Below, piece by piece: positions 30,001-42,755 of a stretch of 64,000 nt of DNA. Both the position numbers and the translations under genes were made by a program. The DNA lies in assembly GCF_006345805.1 (NCBI RefSeq), contig NC_043014.1:17484001-17548000 (forward strand), written 5' to 3'. Each line of letters begins with the position of its first letter. Within the stretch, counting starts at the first letter, position 1. Below the pieces are notes generated by a model. The model had not been told where the DNA came from. It was given only the letters and a program-made list of their open reading frames with translations, and searched no databases. This DNA is from Octopus sinensis (taxonomy: Eukaryota).

Positions 30001-30321
30001 CTCTGCAATACACAGTACGAAGCTGTTACTGCCAATGGGAAAGATTCCGAGTCTGCTGAACAACGGGGACTCTGCAATACACAGTACGCTGCTGTTACTG
30101 CCAATGGGAAAGATTCCGAGTCTGCTGAACAATGGGGACTCTACAATACACAGTACGCTGCTGTTACTGCCAAATTGAATGATTCCGAGTCTGCTGAACA
30201 ACGGGGAGTCTGCAATACACAGTAGGCTGCTGTTACTGCCAATGGGAAAGATTCCGAATCTGCTGAACAACGGGGACTCTGCAATACACAGTACGCTGCT
30301 GTTACTGCCAAAGCGAAAGAT
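1..30321. repeat. 69-bp tandem satellite DNA, about 440 monomers
   Basis: Consensus GAAAGATTCCGAGTCTGCTGAACAACGGGGACTCTGCAATACACAGTACGCTGCTGTTACTGCCAATGG (69 bp, 35/69 GC) repeated without interruption. All ORFs in this interval are translations of the monomer. Confidence 0.98.
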
Positions 30322-30833
30322 GAGTCGAAAGAGTTATGCGGCCGGTTGATTGCCGGGGAATATGTCTGAGTTACGACGAAGACCACGAGTGTGTGTGTCC
30401 GTGTGTTATCCACGCGCATCGAAGCTGCGATTTCACTTGAGAGAGTTCTCGGTCGAGTGCACGAGTCGAAAGAGTTATGCGGCCGGTTGATTGCCGGGGA
30501 GTAAGTCTGAGTTACGATGAAGACCACGAGTGTGTGTGTCCGTGTGTTATCCACGCGCATCGAAGCGGCGATTTCACTTGAGAGAGTTTTCGGGCGAGTG
30601 CACGAGTCGAAAGAGTTATGCGGCCGGTCGATTGCCGGGGAGTAAGTCTGAGTTACGACGAAGACCACGAGTGTGTGTGTCCGTGTGTTATTCACGCGCA
30701 TCGAAGCGGCGATTTCACTTGAGAGAGTTCTCGGTCGAGTGCACGAGTCGAAAGTGTTATGCGGCCGGTCGATTGCCGGGGAGTAAGTCTGAGTTACGAC
30801 GAAGACCACGAGTGTATGTGTCCGTGTGTTATC
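30322..30833. repeat. IGS 141-bp subrepeat array 1 (about 3.6 copies, 5'-truncated by the satellite)
   Basis: GAGTCGAAAGAGTTATGCGGCC at 30322 and 30463 (period 141). The same unit recurs at 35131, 41834 and 58581. Confidence 0.95.
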
Positions 30834-33800
30834 GACGCGAGCGACGCGGTCCGACCCGTAGGTCGAAGGAATGAGACCCGTATGCTTACGGGTCGGCCCC
30901 GGCTGGATAGTCACGCTCTAGGTGACCGTCGCACCCCAAGGGGGTCAAGACTATGTTGAGGGCTTGCAGTCGGCAGGTGGATGTCTCCGGGACCGTTCGG
31001 AAGGATGCCCGAGACGTAAGCCTAAGACGACGTCAGCCCGGCGGTTTGCCGCCGCCTTCGCGCCGCCTCGCTTTCTCCTTTAGTCCACGCGCAGCGGGGC
31101 CGTTAGCGGCAGGCCTGCGCCTGTCGCCCGTTCCACCGCCGCGCTTCCGTGCCCGAAATCCAAAAGAGCGAACCTAAGCTCGCATTATGGTATACGTATG
31201 CGTGGACGTAGCCGCCACCGGTGCCGAAAGGCGTTCACGAGATACCGGCGCTCGATAGGAGTACGTGGTCCGTCCCGTAAAATCCCGAAAGATGACAAAC
31301 TGCGGCTGGCACGAGGTAGTGGCGGAAGGCCTGCGCCGGTCTCCCGTCGCTCCACCGGTCTCCCGTCGCTCCGCCGCCCTACCGTGCCCGAAATCCAAAG
31401 AACGAACCTAAGCTCGCGTCATGGCCAATGTACGCGTGGACGTAGCCGCCACCGATGCCGGAAGGCGTTCACGAGATTAACGCGGGCGATACTGCGACGT
31501 GGTCCGTCCCGTAAAATCCCGATAGATGACAAACTGCGGCTAGCACGAGGTAGCGTCGGAAGGCCTGCGCCGGTCGCCCGTTGCTCCGCCGCCCTACCGT
31601 GCATGAAATCGAAAGAACGAACCTAAGCCCGCGGTTTGGCCCACGTACGCGTGGACGTAGCCGCCACCGATGCCGGAAGGCGTTCACGAGATACCCGCGC
31701 TCGATACGGCGACGTGGTCCGTCCCGTAAAGTCCCGAAAGATGACAAACTGCGTCTAGCACGAGGTAGCGGCTGGCCTGCGCCAGGCCTGCGCCATTCCT
31801 GCGCCGTTCGCCCGAGTCTCCGCCGCCCTACCGTGCGTGAAATCGAAAGCACTAAACTAAGAGCGCTGTATCGCCCACGTACCCGTGGACGTAGCCGCGA
31901 CCGATGTTTCGAGGTACAGGCGTTCGATACGGCTACGTGGTCCGTCCCGTAAATTCCCGAAAGATGACAAACTGCGGCCAGTGCAGGTATCGGTCGATAG
32001 CGGCGGGCCTGCGACCGCCTTCGCACGCGCCTCCACCCGCCTTCGCTCGCGCCTCCGCCGCGCTACCGAAAGGCTCAAATGGGTCTTGAGCGAAACCTGC
32101 GCTCTCACACACGTACACGTGGACGTAGGCGGCTAGCACGAGGTAGCGCCAGGCCTGCGCCGGTCGCCCGAGTCTCCGCCGCCATACCGTTCGTGAAATC
32201 GAAATCAAGAAAGTAAGCGGGCGCTATCATCCACGTACGCGTGGACGTAGCCGCGACCGATGTTGCGAGGTACAGGCGTTCGACACGGCTACGTGGTCCG
32301 TCCCGTAAATACCAAAAAGATGACAAACTGCGGCCGGTGCAGGTATCGGCCGATAGCGGCGGGCCTACGTCCGCCTTCGCCCGCGCCTCCGCCGCGCTAC
32401 CGCGAGGCTCGATTGTGCCTTGAGCGAAACTCGCGCTCTCGCCCACGTACACGTGGACGTAGGCGCGATCGATGCCGTCAGTCGCCGGGAGTGCGTGGCG
32501 ATATGCACCGGGCAAAAACAGCTACGTGGTCCGACCCGTGAGTTAAGGAGGTGCTCGGACCGTAAGCAAACGGATCGGCCCCGGCTGGATAGTCACGCCT
32601 CTAGGTGACCGTCGCACCCCAAGGGGGTCAAGACTATATTGAGGGCTTGCAGTCGGCAGGTAGATGTCTCCGGGACCGTTCGGAAGGATGCCCGAGACGT
32701 AAGCCTAAGACGACGTCAGCCCGGCGGTTTGCCACCGCCTTCGCGCCGCCTCGCTTTCTCCTTTAGTCCACGCGCAGCGGGGCCGTTAGCGGCAGGCCTG
32801 CGCCTGTCGCCCGTTCCACCGCCGCGCTTCCGTGCCCGAAATCCAAAAGAGCGAACGTAAGCTCGCATTATGGTATACGTATGCGTGGACGTAGCCGCCA
32901 CCGGTGCCGGAAGTCGTTCACGAGATACCGGCGCTCGATAGGAGTACGTGGTCCGTCCCGTAAAATCCCGAAAGATGACAAACTGCGGCTGGCACGAGGT
33001 AGTGGCGGAAGGCCTGCGCCGGTCTCCCTTCGCTCCGTCGGTCTCCCGTCGCTCCGCCGCCCTACCGTGCCCGAAATCCAAAGAACGAACCTAAGCTCGC
33101 GTCATGGCCAACGTACGCGTGGACGTAGCCGCCACCGATGCCGGAAGGCGTTCACGAGATTAACGCGGGCGATACTGCGACGTGGTCTGTCCCGTAAAAT
33201 CCCGATAGATGACAAACTGCGGCTAGCACGAGGTAGCGTCGGAAGGCCTGCGCCGGTCGCCCGTTGCTCCGCCGCCCTACCGTGCATGAAATCGAAAGAA
33301 CGAACCTAAGCCCGCGGTTTGGCCCACGTACGCGTGGACGTAGCCGCCACCGATGCCGGAAGGCGTTCACGAGATACCCGCGCTCGATACGGCGACGTGG
33401 TCCGTCCCGTAAAGTCCCGAAAGATGACAAACTGCGTCTAGCACGAGGTAGCGGCTGGCCTGCGCCAGGCCTGCGCCATTCCTGCGCCGTTCGCCCGAGT
33501 CTCCGCCGCCCTACCGTGCGTGAAATCGAAAGCACTAAACTAAGAGCGCTGTATCGCCCACGTACCCGTGGACGTAGCCGCGACCGATGTTTCGAGGTAC
33601 AGGCGTTCGATACGGCTACGTGGTCCGTCCCGTAAATTCCCGAAAGATGACAAACTGCGGCCAGTGCAGGTATCGGTCGATAGCGGCGGGCCTGCGTCCG
33701 CCTTCGCACGCGCCTCCACCCGCCTTCGCTCGCGCCTCCGCCGCGCTACCGAAAGGCTCAAATGGGTCTTGAGCGAAACCTGCGCTCTCACACACGTACA

Positions 33801-34199
33801 CGTGGACGTAGGCGGCTAGCACGAGGTAGCGCCAGGCCTGCGCCGGTCGCCCGAGTCTCCGCCGCCATACCGTTCGTGAAATCGAAATCAAGAAAGTAAG
33901 CGGGCGCTATCGTCCACGTACGCGTGGACGTAGCCGCGACCGATGTTGCGAGGTACAGGCGTTCGACACGGCTACGTGGTCCGTCCCGTAAATACCAAAA
34001 AGATGACAAACTGCGGCCGGTGCAGGTATCGGCCGATAGCGGCGGGCCTACGTCCGCCTTCGCCCGCGCCTCCGCCGCGCTACCGCGAGGCTCGATTGTA
34101 CCTTGAGCGAAACTCGCGCTCTCGCCCACGTACACGTGGACGTAGGCGCGATCGATGCCGTCAGTCGCCGGGAGTGCGTGGCGATATGCACCGGGCAAA
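30834..34199 (+). repeat. IGS 1683-bp repeat x2, each holding a promoter-like motif and five ~200-bp subrepeats
   Basis: TAT(A/G)TTGAGGG at 30952, 32635 and 34318 (period 1683). The core GATGACAAACTGCG recurs five times per unit. Boundaries approximate. Confidence 0.93.
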
Positions 34200-35130
34200 A
34201 ACAGCTACGTGGTCCGACCCGTGAGTTAAGGAGGTGCTCGGACCGTAAGCAAACGGATCGGCCCCGGCTGGATAGTCACGCCTCTAGGTGACCGTCGCAC
34301 CCCAAGGGGGTCAAGTCTATATTGAGGGCTTGCAGTCGGCAGGTAGATGTCTCCGGGACCGTTCGGCAGGATGCCAGAGACGTCAGCCTACGACGCCGTC
34401 GGGCCGGCGGGCGGTCGCCGCCTTCGCGCCGCCTCGCTTTCTACCGTTCGTCCACGCCCGCGGGGCCGTTTGCGGCTGGCCTGCGCCCGTCGCCCGTTCC
34501 TCCGCCACGCTACCGTGCCCGAAATCGAAAGAACGAACCCAAGCTCGCCGTACGGCCCACGGACGCGTGGACATAGCCGCCACCGATGCCGGAAGGCGTT
34601 CACGAGATGCACGCGGTCGATACGGAGACGCGGTCCGTCCAGTAAAATCCCGAAAGATGGCAAACTCCGGCTAGCACGAGGTAGCGGCGGTAGGCCTGCG
34701 CGCGGTCGCCCGTTGCTCCGCCGCCCTACCGTGCCCGAAATCAAAAGAACGAACCCAAGCCCACGCTTTGGCCCACGTACGCGTGGACGTAGCCGCCAGC
34801 GATGCCGGAAGGCGTTCACGAGATGCACGCGCACGAGACGGCGACACGGTCCGTCCCGTAAAATCCCGAAAGATGACAAACTGCGGCTAGCGCGAGGTAG
34901 CGGCGGGCCTGCGCAAGGCCTGCGCCGGTCGCCCGCGTGTCCGCCGCCAAACCGTGCGTGAAATTGAAAGCACGAAACTAAGCGGGCGGTGTCGGCCACG
35001 TACGCGTGGACCTAGCCGCGATCGATGTTGCGAGGTACGGGCGTTCGATACGGCTACGTGGTCCGTCTCGTAGATTCCCGAAAGATGACAAACTGCGGCG
35101 GGCCCGCGCCCGCGCCTTCGCCCGCGCTTT
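34200..35130 (+). repeat. IGS ~930-bp variant promoter-containing unit (three ~200-bp subrepeats)
   Basis: Starts like the 1683-bp unit (GTCCGACCC at 34212), then diverges. Near-identical copy at 40902-41833. Confidence 0.85.
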
Positions 35131-35872
35131 CGACGAAGACCACGAGTGTGTGTGTCCGTGTGTTATCCACGCGCATCGAAGCGGCGATTTCACATGAGAG
35201 AGTTCTCGGTCGAGTGCACGAGTCGAAAGAGTTATGCGGCCGGTCGATTGCCGGGGAGTAAGTCTGAGTTACGACGAAGACCACGAGTGTGTGTGTCCGT
35301 GTGTTATCCACGCGCATCGAAGCGGCGATTTCACTTGAGAGAGTTCTCGGTCGAGTGCACGAGTCGAAAGAGTTATGCGGCCGGTCGATTGCCGGGGAGT
35401 AAGTCTGAGTTACGACGAAGACCACGAGTGTGTGTGTCCGTGTGTTATCCACGCGCATCGAAGCTGCGATTTCACTTGAGAGAGTTCTCGGTCGAGTGCA
35501 CGAGTCGAAAGAGTTATGCGGCCGGTTGATTGCCGGGGAGTAAGTCTGAGTTACGATGAAGACCACGAGTGTGTGTGTCCGTGTGTTATCCACGCGCATC
35601 GAAGCGGCGATTTCACTTGAGAGAGTTTTCGGGCGAGTGCACGAGTCGAAAGAGTTATGCGGCCGGTCGATTGCCGGGGAGTAAGTCTGAGTTACGACGA
35701 AGACCACGAGTGTGTGTGTCCGTGTGTTATTCACGCGCATCGAAGCGGCGATTTCACTTGAGAGAGTTCTCGGTCGAGTGCACGAGTCGAAAGTGTTATG
35801 CGGCCGGTCGATTGCCGGGGAGTAAGTCTGAGTTACGACGAAGACCACGAGTGTATGTGTCCGTGTGTTATC
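35131..35872. repeat. IGS 141-bp subrepeat array 2 (about 5.3 copies)
   Basis: Same unit as array 1. It ends with the same variant (GTGTATGTGTCC...TATCGACG) exactly 5039 bp downstream of array 1's end. Confidence 0.95.
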
Positions 35873-38800
35873 GACGCGAGCGACGCGGTCCGACCCGTAG
35901 GTCGAAGGAATGAGACCCGTATGCTTACGGGTCGGCCCCGGCTGGATAGTCACGCTCTAGGTGACCGTCGCACCCCAAGGGGGTCAAGACTATGTTGAGG
36001 GCTTGCAGTCGGCAGGTGGATGTCTCCGGGACCGTTCGGAAGGATGCCCGAGACGTAAGCCTAAGACGACGTCAGCCCGGCGGTTTGCCGCCGCCTTCGC
36101 GCCGCCTCGCTTTCTCCTTTAGTCCACGCGCAGCGGGGCCGTTAGCGGCAGGCCTGCGCCTGTCGCCCGTTCCACCGCCGCGCTTCCGTGCCCGAAATCC
36201 AAAAGAGCGAACCTAAGCTCGCATTATGGTATACGTATGCGTGGACGTAGCCGCCACCGGTGCCGAAAGGCGTTCACGAGATACCGGCGCTCGATAGGAG
36301 TACGTGGTCCGTCCCGTAAAATCCCGAAAGATGACAAACTGCGGCTGGCACGAGGTAGTGGCGGAAGGCCTGCGCCGGTCTCCCGTCGCTCCGCCGCCCT
36401 ACCGTGCCCGAAATCCAAAGAACGAACCTAAGCTCGCGTCATGGCCAATGTACGCGTGGACGTAGCCGCCACCGATGCCGAAAGGCGTTCACGAGATTAA
36501 CGCGGGCGATACTGCGACGTGGTCCGTCCCGTAAAATCCCGATAGATGACAAACTGCGGCTAGCACGAGGTAGCGTCGGAAGGCCTGCGCCGGTCGCCCG
36601 TTGCTCCGCCGCCCTACCGTGCATGAAATCGAAAGAACGAACCTAAGCCCGCGGTTTGGCCCACGTACGCGTGGACGTAGCCGCCACCGATGCCGGAAGG
36701 CGTTCACGAGATACCCGCGCTCGATACGGCGACGTGGTCCGTCCCGTAAAGTCCCGAAAGATGACAAACTGCGTCTAGCACGAGGTAGCGGCTGGCCTGC
36801 GCCAGGCCTGCGCCATTCCTGCGCCGTTCGCCCGAGTCTCCGCCGCCCTACCGTGCGTGAAATCGAAAGCACTAAACTAAGAGCGCTGTATCGCCCACGT
36901 ACCCGTGGACGTAGCCGCGACCGATGTTTCGAGGTACAGGCGTTCGATACGGCTACGTGGTCCGTCCCGTAAATTCCCGAAAGATGACAAACTGCGGCCA
37001 GTGCAGGTATCGGTCGATAGCGGCGGGCCTGCGTCCGCCTTCGCACGCGCCTCCACCCGCCTTCGCTCGCGCCTCCGCCGCGCTACCGAAAGGCTCAAAT
37101 GGGTCTTGAGCGAAACCTGCGCTCTCACACACGTACACGTGGACGTAGGCGGCTAGCACGAGGTAGCGCCAGGCCTGCGCCGGTCGCCCGAGTCTCCGCC
37201 GCCATACCGTTCGTGAAATCGAAATCAAGAAAGTAAGCGGGCGCTATCGTCCACGTACGCGTGGACGTAGCCGCGACCGATGTTGCGAGGTACAGGCGTT
37301 CGACACGGCTACGTGGTCCGTCCCGTAAATACCAAAAAGATGACAAACTGCGGCCGGTGCAGGTATCGGCCGATAGCGGCGGGCCTACGTCCGCCTTCGC
37401 CCGCGCCTCCGCCGCGCTACCGCGAGGCTCGATTGTGCCTTGAGCGAAACTCGCGCTCTCGCCCACGTACACGTGGACGTAGGCGCGATCGATGCCGTCA
37501 GTCGCCGGGAGTGCGTGGCGATATGCACCGGGCAAAAACAGCTACGTGGTCCGACCCGTGAGTTAAGGAGGTGCTCGGACCGTAAGCAAACGGATCGGCC
37601 CCGGCTGGATAGTCACGCCTCTAGGTGACCGTCGCACCCCAAGGGGGTCAAGACTATATTGAGGGCTTGCAGTCGGCAGGTAGATGTCTCCGGGACCGTT
37701 CGGAAGGATGCCCGAGACGTAAGCCTAAGACGACGTCAGCCCGGCGGTTTGCCACCGCCTTCGCGCCGCCTCGCTTTCTCCTTTAGTCCACGCGCAGCGG
37801 GGCCGTTAGCGGCAGGCCTGCGCCTGTCGCCCGTTCCACGCCGCGCTTCCGTGCCCGAAATCTAAAAGAGCGAACGTAAGCTCGCATTATGGTATACGTA
37901 TGCGTGGACGTAGCCGCCACCGGTGCCGGAAGTCGTTCACGAGATACCGGCGCTCGATAGGAGTACGTGGTCCGTCCCGTAAAATCCCGAAAGATGACAA
38001 ACTGCGGCTGGCACGAGGTAGTGGCGGAAGGCCTGCGCCGGTCTCCCGTCGGTCCGCCGGTCTCCCGTCGCTCCGCCGCCCTACCGTGCCCGAAATCCAA
38101 AGAACGAACCTAAGCTCGCGTCATGGCCAACGTACGCGTGGACGTAGCCGCCACCGATGCCGGAAGGCGTTCACGAGATTAACGCGGGCGATACTGCGAC
38201 GTGGTCTGTCCCGTAAAATCCCGATAGATGACAAACTGCGGCTAGCACGAGGTAGCGTCGGAAGGCCTGCGCCGGTCGCCCGTTGCTCCGCCGCCCTACC
38301 GTGCATGAAATCGAAAGAACGAACCTAAGCCCGCGGTTTGGCCCACGTACGCGTGGACGTAGCCGCCACCGATGCCGGAAGGCGTTCACGAGATACCCGC
38401 GCTCGATACGGCGACGTGGTCCGTCCCGTAAAGTCCCGAAAGATGACAAACTGCGTCTAGCACGAGGTAGCGGCTGGCCTGCGCCAGGCCTGCGCCATTC
38501 CTGCGCCGTTCGCCCGAGTCTCCGCCGCCCTACCGTGCGTGAAATCGAAAGCACTAAACTAAGAGCGCTGTATCGCCCACGTACCCGTGGACGTAGCCGC
38601 GACCGATGTTTCGAGGTACAGGCGTTCGATACGGCTACGTGGTCCGTCCCGTAAATTCCCGAAAGATGACAAACTGCGGCCAGTGCAGGTATCGGTCGAT
38701 AGCGGCGGGCCTGCGTCCGCCTTCGCACGCGCCTCCACCCGCCTTCGCTCGCACCTCCGCCGCGCTACCGAAAGGCTCAAATGGGTCTTGAGCGAAACCT

Positions 38801-40901
38801 GCGCTCTCACACACGTACACGTGGACGTAGGCGGCTAGCACGAGGTAGCGCCAGGCCTGCGCCGGTCGCCCGAGTCTCCGCCGCCATACCGTTCGTGAAA
38901 TCGAAATCAAGAAAGTAAGCGGGCGCTATCGTCCACGTACGCGTGGACGTAGCCGCGACCGATGTTGCGAGGTACAGGCGTTCGACACGGCTACGTGGTC
39001 CGTCCCGTAAATACCAAAAAGATGACAAACTGCGGCCGGTGCAGGTATCGGCCGATAGCGGCGGGCCTACGTCCGCCTTCGCCCGCGCCTCCGCCGCGCT
39101 ACCGCGAGGCTCGATTGTGCCTTGAGCGAAACTCGCGCTCTCGCCCACGTACACGTGGACGTAGGCGCGATCGATGCCGTCAGTCGCCGGGAGTGCGTGG
39201 CGATATGCACCGGGCAAAAACAGCTACGTGGTCCGACCCGTGAGTTAAGGAGGTGCTCGGACCGTAAGCAAACGGATCGGCCCCGGCTGGATAGTCACGC
39301 CTCTAGGTGACCGTCGCACCCCAAGGGGGTCAAGACTATATTGAGGGCTTGCAGTCGGCAGGTAGATGTCTCCGGGACCGTTCGGAAGGATGCCCGAGAC
39401 GTAAGCCTAAGACGACGTCAGCCCGGCGGTTTGCCACCGCCTTCGCGCCGCCTCGCTTTCTCCTTTAGTCCACGCGCAGCGGGGCCGTTAGCGGCAGGCC
39501 TGCGCCTGTCGCCCGTTCCACCGCCGCGCTTCCGTGCCCGAAATCCAAAAGAGCGAACGTAAGCTCGCATTATGGTATACGTATGCGTGGACGTAGCCGC
39601 CACCGGTGCCGGAAGTCGTTCACGAGATACCGGCGCTCGATAGGAGTACGTGGTCCGTCCCGTAAAATCCCGAAAGATGACAAACTGCGGCTGGCACGAG
39701 GTAGTGGCGGAAGGCCTGCGCCGGTCTCCCGTCGCTCCGCCGGTCTCCCGTCGCTCCGCCGCCCTACCGTGCCCGAAATCCAAAGAACGAACCTAAGCTC
39801 GCGTCATGGCCAACGTACGCGTGGACGTAGCCGCCACCGATGCCGGAAGGCGTTCACGAGATTAACGCGGGCGATACTGCGACGTGGTCTGTCCCGTAAA
39901 ATCCCGATAGATGACAAACTGCGGCTAGCACGAGGTAGCGTCGGAAGGCCTGCGCCGGTCGCCCGTTGCTCCGCCGCCCTACCGTGCATGAAATCGAAAG
40001 AACGAACCTAAGCCCGCGGTTTGGCCCACGTACGCGTGGACGTAGCCGCCACCGATGCCGGAAGGCGTTCACGAGATACCCGCGCTCGATACGGCGACGT
40101 GGTCCGTCCCGTAAAGTCCCGAAAGATGACAAACTGCGTCTAGCACGAGGTAGCGGCTGGCCTGCGCCAGGCCTGCGCCATTCCTGCGCCGTTCGCCCGA
40201 GTCTCCGCCGCCCTACCGTGCGTGAAATCGAAAGCACTAAACTAAGAGCGCTGTATCGCCCACGTACCCGTGGACGTAGCCGCGACCGATGTTTCGAGGT
40301 ACAGGCGTTCGATACGGCTACGTGGTCCGTCCCGTAAATTCCCGAAAGATGACAAACTGCGGCCAGTGCAGGTATCGGTCGATAGCGGCGGGCCTGCGTC
40401 CGCCTTCGCACGCGCCTCCACCCGCCTTCGCTCGCGCCTCCGCCGCGCTACCGAAAGGCTCAAATGGGTCTTGAGCGAAACCTGCGCTCTCACACACGTA
40501 CACGTGGACGTAGGCGGCTAGCACGAGGTAGCGCCAGGCCTGCGCCGGTCGCCCGAGTCTCCGCCGCCATACCGTTCGTGAAATCGAAATCAAGAAAGTA
40601 AGCGGGCGCTATCGTCCACGTACGCGTGGACGTAGCCGCGACCGATGTTGCGAGGTACAGGCGTTCGACACGGCTACGTGGTCCGTCCCGTAAATACCAA
40701 AAAGATGACAAACTGCGGCCGGTGCAGGTATCGGCCGATAGCGGCGGGCCTACGTCCGCCTTCGCCCGCGCCTCCGACGCGCTACCGCGAGGCTCGATTG
40801 TGCCTTGAGCGAAACTCGCGCTCTCGCCCACGTACACGTGGACGTAGGCGCGATCGATGCCGTCAATCGCCGGGAGTGCGTGGCGATATGCACCGGGCAA
40901 A
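35873..40901 (+). repeat. IGS 1683-bp repeat x3
   Basis: Promoter-like motif at 35991, 37655, 39337 and 41020 (spacings 1664, 1682, 1683). The 1664 spacing reflects loss of one 19-bp internal repeat. Confidence 0.93.
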
Positions 40902-41833
40902 AACAGCTACGTGGTCCGACCCGTGAGTTAAGGAGGTGCTCGGACCGTAAGCAAACGGATCGGCCCCGGCTGGATAGTCACGCCTCTAGGTGACCGTCGC
41001 ACCCCAAGGGGGTCAAGTCTATATTGAGGGCTTGCAGTCGGCAGGTAGATGTCTCCGGGACCGTTCGGCAGGATGCCAGAGACGTCAGCCTACGACGCCG
41101 TCGGGCCGGCGGGCGGTCGCCGCCTTCGCGCCGCCTCGCTTTCTACCGTTCGTCCACGCCCCGCGGGGCCGTTTGCGGCTGGCCTGCGCCCGACGCCCGT
41201 TCCTCCGCCACGCTACCGTGCCCGAAATCGAAAGAACGAACCCAAGCTCGCCGTACGGCCCACGGACGCGTGGACGTAGCCGCCACCGATGCCGGAAGGC
41301 GTTCACGAGATGCACGCGGTCGATACGGAGACGCGGTCCGTCCAGTAAAATCCCGAAAGATGGCAAACTCCGGCTAGCACGAGGTAGCGGCGGTAGGCCT
41401 GCGCGCGGTCGCCCGTTGCTCCGCCGCCCTACCGTGCCCGAAATCAAAAGAACGAACCCAAGCCCACGCTTTGGCCCACGTACGCGTGGACGTAGCCGCC
41501 AGCGATGCCGGAAGGCGTTCACGAGATGCACGCGCACGATACGGCGACGCGGTCCGTCCCGTAAAATCCCGAAAGATGACAAACTGCGGCTAGCGCGAGG
41601 TGGCGGCGGGCCTGCGCAAGGCCTGCGCCGGTCGCCCGCGTGTCCGCCGCCAAACCGTGCGTGAAATTGAAAGCACGAAACTAAGCGGGCGGTGTCGGCC
41701 ACGTACGCGTGGACCTAGCCGCGATCGATGTTGCGAGGTACGGGCGTTCGATACGGCTACGTGGTCCGTCTCGTAGATTCCCGAAAGATGACAAACTGCG
41801 GCGATCCCGCGCCCGCGCCTTCGCCCGCGCTTT
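40902..41833 (+). repeat. IGS ~930-bp variant unit, second copy
   Basis: Near-identical to 34200-35130. Confidence 0.85.
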
Positions 41834-42755
41834 CGACGAAGACCACGAGTGTGTGTGTCCGTGTGTTATCCACGCGCATCGAAGCGGCGATTTCACTTGA
41901 GAGAGTTCTCGGTCGAGTGCACGAGTCGAAAGAGTTATGCGGCCGGTCGATTGCCGGGGAGTAAGTCTGAGTTACGACGAAGACCACGAGTGTGTGTGTC
42001 CGTGTGTTATCCACGCGCATCGAAGCGGCGATTTCACTTGAGAGAGTTCTCGGTCGAGTGCACGAGTCGAAAGATTTATGCGGCCGGTCGATTGCCGGGG
42101 AGTAAGTCTGAGTTACGACGAAGACCACGAGTGTGTGTGTCCGTGTGTTATCCACGCGCATCGAAGCGGCGATTTCACTTGAGAGAGTTCTCGGTCGAGT
42201 GCACGAGTCGAAAGAGTTATGCGGCCGGTCGATTGCCGGGGAGTAAGTCTGATTACGACGAAGACCACGAGTGTGTGTGTCCGTGTGTTATCCACGCGCA
42301 TCGAAGCGGCGATTTCACTTGAGAGATTTCTCGGTCGAGTGCACGAGTCGAAAGAGTTATGCGGCCGGTCGATTGCCGGGGAGTAAGTCTGAGTTACGAC
42401 GAAGACCACGAGTGTGTGTGTCCGTGTGTTATCCACGCGCATCGAAGCGGCGATTTCACTTGAGAGAGTTCTCGGTCGAGTGCACGAGTCGAAAGAGTTA
42501 TGCGGCCGGTCGATTGCCGGGGAGTAAGTCTGAGTTACGACGAAGACCACGAGTGTGTGTGTCCGTGTGTTATCCACGCGCATCGAAGCGGCGATTTCAC
42601 TTGAGAGAGTTCTCGGTCGAGTGCACGAGTCGAAAGAGTTATGCGGCCGGTCGATTGCCGGGGAGTAAGTCTGAGTTACGACGAAGACCACGAGTGTGTG
42701 TGTCCGTGTGTTATCCACGCGCATCGAAGCGGCGATTTCACTTGAGAGAGTTCTC
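41834..42755. repeat. IGS 141-bp subrepeat array 3 (about 6.5 copies)
   Basis: Same 141-bp unit, CGACGAAGACC at 41834, ends at GAGAGTTCTC 42755. Confidence 0.95.

Noticed and set aside
1-30321. Long ORFs (up to 1006 aa) in the satellite as genes
   Set aside because: A 69-bp unit is a multiple of 3 and several frames lack stops in the consensus. Variants include stops and radical changes in every frame, and there are no unique flanking exons.
1-30321. CRISPR array
   Set aside because: The variable part is only ~6 nt with recurring alleles, there are no unique spacers or cas genes, and the context is eukaryotic rDNA.
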